DNA of 64,000 bases, from NCBI GenBank assembly GCA_041577295.1, contig JBFGJG010000010.1, positions 43,681 through 107,680 on the forward strand. The letters are read 5' to 3'. The notes below the pieces were generated by a model that saw only the letters and a list, made by a program, of their open reading frames with translations, did no database searches and had not been told where the DNA came from. This document shows, one piece after another, positions 1-9,371 of the stretch. This DNA comes from Gemmatimonadales bacterium. Its GTDB lineage: Bacteria; Gemmatimonadota; Gemmatimonadetes; Gemmatimonadales; GWC2-71-9. Made by a program: the position numbers and the translations under genes. Every line of letters begins with the position of its first letter. Positions within the stretch are counted from its first letter, which is position 1.

Positions 1-1128
1 GGCCAATACTACTTGCATTCCTTCTTGAAGGAGCAGCCCGATCTCAATTGGCGAAATTCGGCGGTACAGGCGGCAATGCTCGACCATATGCGTTTCTGGC
101 TCGACCGATCTGTCGACGGATTTCGCATCGATGCGGCGCACTTCATCATGAAGGATCCCGAGGAGCGCGACAACCCGCCAAACCCCACCGGTTCACCGTT
201 GGTGCACAAATCGCTGGGCGCGTATGACGCGCAACTGCACCCTCATGACAAGGGGCACCCGGACGTTCACCAGATCTATCGTCGCGTGCGGGCCCTGCTC
301 GAGGAGCGCCAGCCCGCACGAATGGCGCTCGGGGAGATGCACCTCTTCGACTGGAACGAGCTAGCGCTGTATTACGGCGACCTCGACGAGCTGAGCATGC
401 CATCCAACTTCGGACTCATGAAGGCACCCTGGACAGCGCAAGGCGTGCGTGGGGTGGTGGATGGTATCGAGACTGCCATACCTCACGGGGCATGGCCAAA
501 CTACGCTATGGGGAATCACGACGAGAAGCGGCTGGCGACCCGACTGGGTGAACGAGAGAGCCGCCAGGCCGCCGTGCTGCTCCTCACGCTCCGCGGCTCA
601 CCCACGCTCTACTACGGCGACGAGCTTGGCATGCGTGAGGCCCGGATTCCGTCAGAGAAACAACGAGACCCTTGGGGGTTCGCTGAGCCCGAACTCAGTC
701 GAGACGGTAGCCGCACCCCCATGCCGTGGTCCCCCGGACCTGGGGCGGGCTTCACAGCGGCCGCCGAGCCGTGGCTACCGTTTGGGGACGACTACGCGAC
801 TCGCAATGTCGAGTCGCAACTGCGCGAGATAGACTCCCACCTCAACCTGTACCGCAAGTTGCTGAAGATCAGGCGAGCCTCGCCGGCGCTTCGAACAGGT
901 GGTTATCGGCCGCTGGATCCCGTGCCACCCAGTTGTTTCGTCTTCGAGCGCACCAGCGGTACTGAGCGCGCGGTGGTGGCGGTCAACTTCGCGCGTGAGC
1001 CCGTCCCGATTGATCAGGTGAACGTCCGCGGCCGCATCGTCGTATCGACGCACCGTGCGAGTGAGGGCACCGCGGTCACTGATAGACTAACGCTGCAACC
1101 ACTCGAGGCCGTCGTCGTGACGTCGTGA
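1..1128 (+). CDS. GH13 alpha-glucosidase (5'-truncated by window edge)
   Basis: Frame is open from base 1 (GQYYLHSF...QPDLNW). GH13 catalytic regions GFRIDAAH, GEMH and GNHD, plus YYGDELGM and RDGSRTPMPW. Confidence 0.92.
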   Translation, partial: GQYYLHSFLKEQPDLNWRNSAVQAAMLDHMRFWLDRSVDGFRIDAAHFIMKDPEERDNPPNPTGSPLVHKSLGAYDAQLHPHDKGHPDVHQIYRRVRALLEERQPARMALGEMHLFDWNELALYYGDLDELSMPSNFGLMKAPWTAQGVRGVVDGIETAIPHGAWPNYAMGNHDEKRLATRLGERESRQAAVLLLTLRGSPTLYYGDELGMREARIPSEKQRDPWGFAEPELSRDGSRTPMPWSPGPGAGFTAAAEPWLPFGDDYATRNVESQLREIDSHLNLYRKLLKIRRASPALRTGGYRPLDPVPPSCFVFERTSGTERAVVAVNFAREPVPIDQVNVRGRIVVSTHRASEGTAVTDRLTLQPLEAVVVTS

Positions 1129-1201
1129 GCCTGGCCCGAGCGACGGCGTCTCGCTGAGCCGCACTACAGGGTCTTGGAATGAACAGAACAGACAGCGCGG
1201 T

Positions 1202-1822
1202 TCAGTCGAGTGCTGAGTCCTCTGTCTGATAGAAGGCGATCAAGCCAGCGAAGTGGTGCCTCTCTCCCGCCGAGGGATCACCAACGTCCTCGCACTCGGC
1301 AATCCACTCGACGAGCTTCGCGCGCAGCCGCGCGAGCTGTTCCTTGGTGCCGGTGCCGCCAAAGCGGGCAACGACAGGTAGCAGGGCGGGGTCCGTGTCG
1401 TCACTGACCATGGCCGTAGCCCGTCGGGCCTCCGCCTCCGTCGTATCGAAGATCGTTTGGATCATCAGGTCCGGCTCGCTGGTGGCTTCGGTCTCAGCAG
1501 CGTCAAACAGCGATCGATCGACTACGAAGCGGGTAGCGACCGCCTGGAGGTAACGCTCCACGGTCCCGCGCTTCTTGCGCTCCTCGACCAATTCGAGGAA
1601 ACCCGCCTTGCGCAGCGCTTCCACGTGACGGTACAAACGCGGCGCCTTTTCACCCAACCCATCCGCCACCTGCTTCGTCGTGCGGGGCTCCTTCACGAAA
1701 GCCTGGAGAATGCGGAAGCGGAACGGATCGGACAGAACCCGGGCCTGCTCCAATGTCTTGACTCGAAATGTCCCCGCGCGAGAGGAACGCTTGTGGCGGG
1801 ACGCAGGGCGATCTTTGGGCAT
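1202..1822 (-). CDS. ArsR/HTH_20-type winged-helix transcriptional regulator
   Basis: LSDPFRFRIL...TTKQVADGLGEKAPRLYRHVEALRKAGFL...RGTVERY pattern. Start placed at ATG 1822 (MPKDRP); 1870 is the alternative. Confidence 0.8.
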   Translation of the reverse strand: MPKDRPASRHKRSSRAGTFRVKTLEQARVLSDPFRFRILQAFVKEPRTTKQVADGLGEKAPRLYRHVEALRKAGFLELVEERKKRGTVERYLQAVATRFVVDRSLFDAAETEATSEPDLMIQTIFDTTEAEARRATAMVSDDTDPALLPVVARFGGTGTKEQLARLRAKLVEWIAECEDVGDPSAGERHHFAGLIAFYQTEDSALD

Positions 1823-1868
1823 TGTAGGGCCTCGGCGGCGCGGCGACTTGACAGGTCTGCGTGGTACC

Positions 1869-1892
1869 ATTATTTACTAAAACATAAATAAT
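1869..1892. promoter_or_regulatory. Perfect inverted repeat ATTATTTA-N8-TAAATAAT, candidate operator in divergent promoter
   Basis: AT-rich island in GC-rich DNA between the divergent regulator and CPBP genes. TTGACA hexamer at 1848-1853. Confidence 0.6.
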
Positions 1893-1908
1893 AATGTTGA
1901 CATGAACA

Positions 1909-2640
1909 ATGCCTCCGTCTCTCACACTCTTAGACCATCTCGTCACCATGCTCCTCGTGGGCGTCTTCCCAATTTACGGTGCATGGGCCTTCCGGAAGCT
2001 GAGACGCGGCCTGGAAGCTGGGCATCGCGGAGCGCTCGTGCGCGAGTACATCGAGACCCTTGCCTGGCAGTGGGGCCTTACAGTCGTCACGATCGTATGG
2101 TGGGCCGTTCGCCACAGGCCCTGGCCGGACCTCGGTGTGTCGGCAACTGTCGGGTCCGGCTTCTACCTTGCCACGGCATTCGTTCTCATTGTGATCGCGG
2201 GATTCGTCGTGCAGTGGCGCAAGGTCGCTGGCAGCGAGCGGTACCGTGCGGCGGTGCAGGAGGCGCTGGGGTCGCTCGTCTCCCTACTTCCACACAACCG
2301 CCAGGAGCTCTTCTGGTTTCGAGCGCTGTCGGTGACGGCGGGAATCTGCGAAGAATTGCTCTACCGGGGCTTTCTCATCTGGTACCTCAGTCAGTTCACC
2401 AGCCTGTGGATGGCAGTGGTCATTTCTTCGCTGCTGTTTGGCTACGCGCACTTCTATCAAGGTGTGGCGGGCATGATGAAAACTGGCATTGCGGGTTTGG
2501 TCGCCGCGGGACTCTACGTGCTGAGCGGCAGCCTCTGGCTCCCAATGATCCTGCACGCGGCGACAGATTTCATCCAGGGGCAAACCGCATACGCGGCGCT
2601 GCGCGACTCCGAGCTGGTTGGGACGCCGGTGGAAGCGTAA
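1909..2640 (+). CDS. CPBP/Abi (CAAX-like) intramembrane metalloprotease
   Basis: EELLYRG, FGYAH and HAATD motifs; multiple TM segments. Confidence 0.9.
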   Translation: MPPSLTLLDHLVTMLLVGVFPIYGAWAFRKLRRGLEAGHRGALVREYIETLAWQWGLTVVTIVWWAVRHRPWPDLGVSATVGSGFYLATAFVLIVIAGFVVQWRKVAGSERYRAAVQEALGSLVSLLPHNRQELFWFRALSVTAGICEELLYRGFLIWYLSQFTSLWMAVVISSLLFGYAHFYQGVAGMMKTGIAGLVAAGLYVLSGSLWLPMILHAATDFIQGQTAYAALRDSELVGTPVEA

Positions 2641-2714
2641 GTGTTGTTTTCGCGCTATGTCTGAGTTCCTGAGGCCAATCCCGACGTGCGGTGTGTGGGT
2701 GGTTACGACCCGCT

Positions 2715-3635
2715 CTACGAGTTCTTGCGTGATCTCGCTGTACGTCTCCGTGTGCTCTGTGGCAGCCCGATTCCTGCGAGTTCCTCCGCAGAAAAATCTG
2801 GCATTGCCCCCTTCCTGTTCGCGACGAGCGCCGCGTAGCGGTTTGCCACCGTAAGGGCGTCGCTCAATGTGACACCACGAACCAGCTGGTGGGCGATTGC
2901 GGCCGTAAAGGCATCCCCCGCGCCAACGGTGTCACCCGAAGCGCCCGTGGCCGCTACCCCGGCGGTCGTAACGACACCATCCGCAGTTGTAATCGCGGCG
3001 CCAGCCGCCCCGCGCGTCACACACACCGCATACACGCCGATGTCGTAAAGCAGCCACTGGAGGAGTGACGGTCGTTTTAGCAATACCGACAACTGCTCCA
3101 CCTCTGCTTGGTTCATCTTGACCACGTCGACCAGGCGCAGGGTCGCTTCGATGACGGTCGCGTCGATGAACGGCGGACGGAGGTTGACGTCGAAGATGAC
3201 GATGGCGTCGTCGTTCGTCTCAGCCAACAGCTGCTGGATGGTGTTCCTACTGGTGGCACATCGCTGTGCGAGCGAGCCTACGCAGATGGCATCCGCGACG
3301 CGCACGAGTGAACGCGCCTCGTCCTCGATCGCGATGTAGTCCCACGCGACGTCTTCGGTGATCTTGTACTCCGGATCTTCATCAGTGACCGTGACCGAGA
3401 CCGTGCCCGTGGGTTTGACGCTATCCCACTGCACGTACTCGATTCGGACTCCACGGTCGCGAAGAAAGCGAACGAGCTTCGATCCCTGCCGGTCATTTCC
3501 AACGCGGGTGACGATGACGCCGCGATCGCCGAGTCGGGCGGCGTGATACGCTACGTTGCACGGGGCACCACCTGGGCGCGCGCCGTCCGGGAACAGATCC
3601 CACAATGCCTCACCCATCGCGACCACGGTCGCCAC
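2715..3635 (-). CDS. PfkB-family carbohydrate kinase (fructokinase-like)
   Basis: GEALWD, GGAPCNVA, DVNLRP, KMN..E and DTVGAGDAF motifs. Confidence 0.92.
   Translation of the reverse strand: MATVVAMGEALWDLFPDGARPGGAPCNVAYHAARLGDRGVIVTRVGNDRQGSKLVRFLRDRGVRIEYVQWDSVKPTGTVSVTVTDEDPEYKITEDVAWDYIAIEDEARSLVRVADAICVGSLAQRCATSRNTIQQLLAETNDDAIVIFDVNLRPPFIDATVIEATLRLVDVVKMNQAEVEQLSVLLKRPSLLQWLLYDIGVYAVCVTRGAAGAAITTADGVVTTAGVAATGASGDTVGAGDAFTAAIAHQLVRGVTLSDALTVANRYAALVANRKGAMPDFSAEELAGIGLPQSTRRRTARSRKNS
2746..2763 (-). repeat. Dispersed 18-nt element GCCACAGAGCACACGGAG (copy 1)
   Basis: Reverse complement of CTCCGTGTGCTCTGTGGC; near-identical to 15913-15930 and 29875-29892. Confidence 0.6.
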
Positions 3636-3636
3636 G

Positions 3637-5298
3637 CTACCACCATGCGATCACGAAGATCGCGATCAGCACCAGCATTCCAACGGATTGGTACCGGTAG
3701 TTCTTGTACCAGGGGAGCCGTGCGAGCTCGTCTGCTTCCTCTGCGAGCAGTGCTGGCGACCACGTCAGGGTGCGCACCACCTCTTCATCGGGCTTTGACG
3801 TGGCAAGACTGACGATCGCCAGTGCCGCCAACGAGATGACGAGGAGGATTGGCGCGAGGTAGAGGAAGTGAATGACCGGTGTCCCGCCGGCGGCCAGCTG
3901 CAACTGCTCCGCCGTGAGCGCGTGCGTCTGGACGATGATCGACTCGGAGAGCGCCAAACCAAAGGTGATCGCGGCGGCGAGGTGACCGACAACTAAGGCA
4001 GCCAAGGCTCCATGACCGTTCGCACGTTTCCAAAATACGCCCGCGAAGAAGCACGCGACGATGGGCGGAGCCAGATAGGCCAGCATCTGTTGCAGGTATG
4101 TCCAGATGTTGGGGAACTTGATGATCTGCGGTGCCCACAAGATGGCGAGCGTCATGAATGCAAAGGTCACGATTCGGCCGGCAATCACCAAGCTGTGGTT
4201 CGGCATCTCGGGCTTGATCTTCTTGAGAAAGTCCATGGTCACGAGCGTCGATGCCGAGTTCAGCGTCGAGTCCACACTCGACATGATGGCCGCCACCAAA
4301 GCCGTGATGATGAGGCCCCGGATCCCCACCGGTAGCAAGTCGAACATCAAGGTTGGGAAGATGAGATCCGAGTTCTGTGCCAGCATGGGAAATTCGGCGG
4401 GTGGATAGAGTAACCGTCCAAAGATGCCGGGCAATACCATGATGAAAATGATTGGAAGTTTGAGCAATCCAGCGAAGAGTGCACCCCAACGACCGTGATT
4501 CAGATCCTTCGCACCCAGGGTTCGCTGCACCATGAACTGGTTGGTGCCCCAGAAATAGAAGCCGAGCAGGAAAACGCCTGTGACGAGTCCGGGCCACGGT
4601 AGCACCGGATCGGAGGCGGGTCGTACGATCGACAAGTCATCCGCTGGCACCGCGGCGACGACACTTGCCCACGAGCCTCCGATGGCGTTGAACGAGAGTA
4701 CCGATACCAGCAGGGCACCGATCAGCAGGAGCACGGCCTGTACTGCGTCCGTGTACACCACGGCCTTCAACCCCCCGGCAATCGTATAGGCACCCGCCAC
4801 GATCCCGAGCACGACCACTGAAGTCCAGAGTGGGACACCCGGATAAATGATCTGGATGACCAGGGCTCCCGCGTACAAGGCGGCCGCCGTGTCGATGGTG
4901 ATGTTCATGAAGACTAGGAGCGCCGAGAAGTAGTATCGCGATCGAGGATCGAACCGCCGCTCGAGAAACTCGGGCATCGTGTACACACGCGTTTTTATAT
5001 AGAACGGCAGGAAGAACACGAGGAATACGATCAGGACGAGCGCAGCCATCCACTCGTAGTTGTAGACCGAGATCCCCGAGCTGAAGGCCGAGGATGACAA
5101 TCCCACCAGTGTGCTAGACGATACGTTCGAGGCAAAGAGCGAAAACCCGATGAGCCACCAGGTCAGTGAACGCCCTGCGAGAAAGTAGTCGTCGGTGGTT
5201 CCGGTGCGCCTCGCGAAATAAAAGCCGAGCGTCACGATGAAGACGACGTAGAGCGCTACCATCACGAGGTCGGGCACCGCGAGCTGGAATTGGGGCAT
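3637..5298 (-). CDS. Sodium:solute symporter (SSS/SLC5, sugar type)
   Basis: YFLAGR, SLFASN, TMPEFLERRF, FWGTNQFMVQR and AAIMSSVDS; highly hydrophobic; stop codon lies 1 nt from the kinase start. Confidence 0.93.
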   Translation of the reverse strand: MPQFQLAVPDLVMVALYVVFIVTLGFYFARRTGTTDDYFLAGRSLTWWLIGFSLFASNVSSSTLVGLSSSAFSSGISVYNYEWMAALVLIVFLVFFLPFYIKTRVYTMPEFLERRFDPRSRYYFSALLVFMNITIDTAAALYAGALVIQIIYPGVPLWTSVVVLGIVAGAYTIAGGLKAVVYTDAVQAVLLLIGALLVSVLSFNAIGGSWASVVAAVPADDLSIVRPASDPVLPWPGLVTGVFLLGFYFWGTNQFMVQRTLGAKDLNHGRWGALFAGLLKLPIIFIMVLPGIFGRLLYPPAEFPMLAQNSDLIFPTLMFDLLPVGIRGLIITALVAAIMSSVDSTLNSASTLVTMDFLKKIKPEMPNHSLVIAGRIVTFAFMTLAILWAPQIIKFPNIWTYLQQMLAYLAPPIVACFFAGVFWKRANGHGALAALVVGHLAAAITFGLALSESIIVQTHALTAEQLQLAAGGTPVIHFLYLAPILLVISLAALAIVSLATSKPDEEVVRTLTWSPALLAEEADELARLPWYKNYRYQSVGMLVLIAIFVIAWW

Positions 5299-5447
5299 GT
5301 GTGCCTCTAGGGATCGATCCGTTCACCGGGTTGCGGCCGGGAAAGTGGCAGCCGGAACCGGTAGAAACAAGAACAGCGGACCGCTTCAGGGGTCGAGGGG
5401 ATTTGCGGGCACCCTTTCGCTCCGCAACTCAAGGGCCGCGCTGCACT

Positions 5448-5867
5448 GTGATTCTCCTTGTACCACGAGGCGAGTCGATCGATGTCTCCCGTCGCAAAGC
5501 GCTCCACCGGCTGACCCTGATCGTCGGTGGTGCGATATCCGCGCCTGCCATGGCGGCCGTTCTCTCTGGGTGCCGGGCGGCACCACCAACGCCCGGATGG
5601 ACCCCCGCGGTGCTCACGCCAGATCAGCTCGATTTGCTCGGCCAGATGGTCGATCGAATCATCCCCGCGACCGACACCCCGGAAGCAAACGCGTACATCC
5701 GTGCTCAACGCGCGGAATCAGCTACGCGACGTGCCCAACGTGTTTGTGACCGACGGAGCGTGCATGACGTCCACCGCATGCCAAAAAATCCCTCCCTCAC
5801 GTACATGGCGCTCACAGCGCGGGCGTGCGATTACGCGGTCGAGGCGAGCAAACGGATGGAGTTGTGA
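5448..5867 (+). pseudogene. Deletion-fused remnant: N-terminus of gluconate-2-dehydrogenase subunit-3-like Tat protein joined to the frameshifted C-terminus of a GMC oxidoreductase
   Basis: SRRKALHRL...LSGC...LGQMVDRIIPATDTP, then in another frame RTSVLNARNQLRDVPNVFVTDGACMTSTACQ, then across an A6 run (5783-5788) NPSLTYMALTARACDYAV. Start uncertain. Confidence 0.75.
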
Positions 5868-5879
5868 GTGGCCGCGCGT

Positions 5880-8084
5880 CTACCGGCCGCCTACGCTGAC
5901 AACGCCGACCGCGAAGCGCTGTGGGGGAAGCGGCCGGCCGGACGAATCCTGTCCCTGGACGTGAACGTGGTACAGACCGCCGGGGATGGGGTTACCGGTT
6001 GCGCTTCGCAGGTCCCACGTCACACGGGGTGCTTCAGCAGCTCGTAGCGCGCGGACGACCGTGCCATCGGGTTCGAGAATCCGTACCTGTGCGCCCGGCG
6101 GGACGTTCGAGATGGCGAGCGCCGGGACAGTTGCTGTAGTGCTCACCGACACCTGCACCGCATTCGGCCCACGATAGCGGACCGGCAATCTGGCGAGCGG
6201 CGATCCCGCCTCTCGGATCCCCACAATGGCGGTTCCGCTCGCGCGGATGAGAAAGAGCGGAGCCAGCGCCTCGGCGAGCGAGGGGTTGAGACGTACCGCC
6301 GACTCAAAGGCCTCCGACGCCTCGCGATGACGGCCCATTCCCGTCAGGAGCGTCCCGAGATTGAATGCCGCGACATGCAGGCTCGGCTGCTCCCGTAACG
6401 CCGCTCGATACGCATCCTCGGCCTCCGTCCGCCGCCCGAGAGCGTGGAGGAAGTGCGCGTAATCCGCGCGGACCCAGGCGAGTGCGGGCTGAAGCTCGAG
6501 CGCCTGTTGATAGAGGCTCGCGATTGTGTCCGTGTTGCGATTTGACGCTTCATATGCACGGGCGAGGGCGTGTACACGGTCCGGGTGACCGGGATTCAAC
6601 CGGACTGCACGTTCGAGCACCCGAATTGCGTCGTCATTCCGCCCCAGCTGACGGTAGGCCAAGCCAAGCAGGAAGTGTGGATCCCTGAGCGTCGTGTCCG
6701 CGGCGAGTGCACGGTCGAGCGCCTCTGCCGCCTCGTCCAGCAACAGGGAGTTGTCCGCCAACGTTGCGTAGACCACCTCACCCATCGCCTGATAGATGGC
6801 CCCGAGCGCCCCACGGCGGTCGCGTTCGAAGTACGGTTCGACGGGACGATCCGTGGTCCGACGGGTGATCTCAGGTTCCGGCGTATCGGCGACGATGCGG
6901 ATCCAGTGGTCTGTGAACGATCCGTGGGGAATGGTCCGTTCTTTGACCTGGGGCATGTGGCAGGTTACGCAATCCGCGGAGCGATGGTGGTCAGCGCGGG
7001 CAGCGGGTCCGTCCATGCGACCGGCCAGTGCGTCGACGGGGTGACAGCTCTGGCAGGTGACGTTCTGCGTTGCTTGATCGGTAAGTGGGCCGTGCGGGTC
7101 ATGGCACGTTGCACAATCCAACGGACGGTTGCTGCTCCGGCTTCCGACAAAGCAGGCACTCTGTCGCAAGCGGTCGGCGTGTGAGACGACATCGATGCTG
7201 CCCGCCGGCTTGAAGAAAGCTATGTGATCCGCCAACCGCTGTGACGGCATATAGCCGAAGGCGTCCTCTCCTTCGCGCAGCACCGACACGGGGGTGTGTA
7301 CGTGGCACTGCTCGCACACGTCGAGACGACGCTCGAAGGGTAGGTGCTTCGGATTGACAATGCTGCTGTCGTACGTGCTGTCGACGGTGGTGTCTGCCGA
7401 TCGCTCGGTTACATGAAGGGCGCCGGGGCCGTGACAGCGCTCGCAGCCAATGCCTGGTGGAAGCATGGCATACTTCCCCTCCAAAAAAGGCAATGGCTGC
7501 GGATAGCTTCCATGACACGCGATACAGCGATCCGGCATGAGTCGATCGAACCGGGGATTGTTCAGCTCGTATCCCGGGCTGAAATCCCAGCCTTTCTGGC
7601 GGTACCATGTGAGTGGGAGCTGGAACAGACGACCGTTTTCCGCGGTGAAGTAGGTCCGTGCGATAGTACCGCTGCCCATTACGTAGTCGATACGCCGCCG
7701 CAGCTCGTGCAAGCGGGATCCACCCGGTCCGATGATGAACTCCTCCTGAAAGAGCTCACCACCCACCTCGACGACCGAATAGACAAACCCGCTAGGTGGG
7801 TGTGCGATCGGTTCATCGAGCGGCGCTTCGATGCGGCTCTCAGGCGTCCATTCATGGAAGGACTTCGCCATGGCGTGAGCTTGGTACGCGGACGCCGCCG
7901 ATTCATGGCAGTTGGTACAGGCATCATCACCCACGTACGCGGTTGGCATTTCGACGTTGCGAAAGAGCAGCGAAGGCTCCTCAGGAAGCGCCGCGGGCGC
8001 TCTGGTCGTCGACGTGCGCTCGCACGCGACAAGGAACATCGCCGTCCAAATGACCAGGAGTGACCGGGCGTACGTAACCCTCAT
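5880..8084 (-). CDS. Lipoprotein multiheme cytochrome c (7 CxxCH) with TPR repeats and C-terminal FlgD-Ig-like domain
   Basis: Lipobox FLVAC; hemes CTNCH, CIACH, CERCH, CEQCH, CATCH, CQSCH, CVTCH; TPR-like helices (HFLLGLAYRQLGRNDDAIRVLERAVRLNP); tail VTWDLRSATGNPIPGGLYHV. Confidence 0.85.
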   Translation of the reverse strand: MRVTYARSLLVIWTAMFLVACERTSTTRAPAALPEEPSLLFRNVEMPTAYVGDDACTNCHESAASAYQAHAMAKSFHEWTPESRIEAPLDEPIAHPPSGFVYSVVEVGGELFQEEFIIGPGGSRLHELRRRIDYVMGSGTIARTYFTAENGRLFQLPLTWYRQKGWDFSPGYELNNPRFDRLMPDRCIACHGSYPQPLPFLEGKYAMLPPGIGCERCHGPGALHVTERSADTTVDSTYDSSIVNPKHLPFERRLDVCEQCHVHTPVSVLREGEDAFGYMPSQRLADHIAFFKPAGSIDVVSHADRLRQSACFVGSRSSNRPLDCATCHDPHGPLTDQATQNVTCQSCHPVDALAGRMDGPAARADHHRSADCVTCHMPQVKERTIPHGSFTDHWIRIVADTPEPEITRRTTDRPVEPYFERDRRGALGAIYQAMGEVVYATLADNSLLLDEAAEALDRALAADTTLRDPHFLLGLAYRQLGRNDDAIRVLERAVRLNPGHPDRVHALARAYEASNRNTDTIASLYQQALELQPALAWVRADYAHFLHALGRRTEAEDAYRAALREQPSLHVAAFNLGTLLTGMGRHREASEAFESAVRLNPSLAEALAPLFLIRASGTAIVGIREAGSPLARLPVRYRGPNAVQVSVSTTATVPALAISNVPPGAQVRILEPDGTVVRALRAAEAPRVTWDLRSATGNPIPGGLYHVHVQGQDSSGRPLPPQRFAVGVVSVGGR

Positions 8085-8097
8085 GGCACCGTCCGCA

Positions 8098-9249
8098 TTA
8101 GCCAGTGTAGCGAATTCTGTAGATCCGTCCCTGGAAGATGTCGCTCAGGTAAATGCTGCCGTCGGGTCCCTCGGTAATGTCGAGTGGGTTGCCGAAGCCG
8201 GCGAAGTCGTAGACGGCAAAATCTTGAAATACTGGGGGCGCCGAGCTGAGATCGACCATCTGGACACGTTTGGCCCGATCGCTCGGTCCCTGAGTAAAGG
8301 TGAAGCCAAAGAGCACCAGCAATAACTTGCCGCGATACGCTGCCGGAAACTGGGTTCCCCGGTAGACGATCATCCCGCCTGGCGCGACGATCTGTGTCCA
8401 CACGTGGAGCGGCGTTACGAACTCCGGCATCGACGTGTAACCGAGCCGCATCGGCCATCCGTAATTGCCACCCTCTTGGATCTGGTTCAGCTCGTCGCTA
8501 TGATCGGGTCCGTTGTCGGTGGAGTACAGGTTTCCAGCTTCGTCAAATACCAGGTCGAAGCCGTTGCGCATGCCATACGCATACGTGTACGAGTTGGCGA
8601 ATGGATTGTCGGCCGGTATGCTGCCGTCCGGATTCATTCGGAGAATCTTTCCAAGAAACGTGTCGGTGTCCTGGACCTGGTCCTCCATGAACGCATCACC
8701 CGTCGATACATAGAGCTTGTCATCCGGCCCAAAGGCCAAACTCTCGATCTGATGGCCGGGGGCGCTTGGAATTCCTTCTAGCAAAACGGTGAGATCCTCT
8801 CCGCGATTGTTAACGTCTGTCAGTCGCGCGACGCTGCCAAAGGTGCCCGAGTCGGTTCGCGTCGCATACGTGAAGTAGACGTACCGATTGGTGGCGTACT
8901 CCGGATCGAACGCGATCCCCAACAGACCGTTCTCACCGTCCACGGGAAATCCGCCCGTGGTATTGGTCAGAACCTGAACGAAGGGCTCGGCGAGCCGAGC
9001 GCCGTCGACCACGATCCAGACGGTACCCGATTGTAATTCGTTCACGAATAGACGGTCCGATCCATCGGGTGGGAAGGCGATCGAGGTTGGAAGGTCGAAT
9101 CCACTTGTGTAGATCTCCGCCAAGAAGCCTTGCGGCACAGTGATGCGTAACGGCCGAGGGGGAAGGGTGGGCACTTCATCCATTCCGTTACAGGCCATTC
9201 CGGCGAACGCAAAGGCTGCGAGGAAGGCGCTCTTCAAATAAGTCATCAT
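8098..9249 (-). CDS. PQQ-dependent sugar dehydrogenase (GSDH family) lipoprotein
   Basis: GENGLLGIAFDP, LAFGPDDKLYVSTGD, GKILRMNPDGSIPADNPF, YGMRN, DELN and GNYGWP; lipobox AGMAC. Start is 9249 or 9273. Confidence 0.85.
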   Translation of the reverse strand: MMTYLKSAFLAAFAFAGMACNGMDEVPTLPPRPLRITVPQGFLAEIYTSGFDLPTSIAFPPDGSDRLFVNELQSGTVWIVVDGARLAEPFVQVLTNTTGGFPVDGENGLLGIAFDPEYATNRYVYFTYATRTDSGTFGSVARLTDVNNRGEDLTVLLEGIPSAPGHQIESLAFGPDDKLYVSTGDAFMEDQVQDTDTFLGKILRMNPDGSIPADNPFANSYTYAYGMRNGFDLVFDEAGNLYSTDNGPDHSDELNQIQEGGNYGWPMRLGYTSMPEFVTPLHVWTQIVAPGGMIVYRGTQFPAAYRGKLLLVLFGFTFTQGPSDRAKRVQMVDLSSAPPVFQDFAVYDFAGFGNPLDITEGPDGSIYLSDIFQGRIYRIRYTG

Positions 9250-9371
9250 TCCGTGGAATCTCTCAAGTTCCATGAAATTACCGGTCGTGCGCCGAGAGGC
9301 CAACGGAGGGGTGGCTGCACGTGTCCGTTGCTGTGACCGATACTGAGTTGCGAGGCAACGGCGGGGGAGCG

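Noticed and set aside
5301..5867. 188-aa ORF as an intact gene
   Set aside because: It is a chimera of two gene fragments; the GMC middle segment is in another frame.
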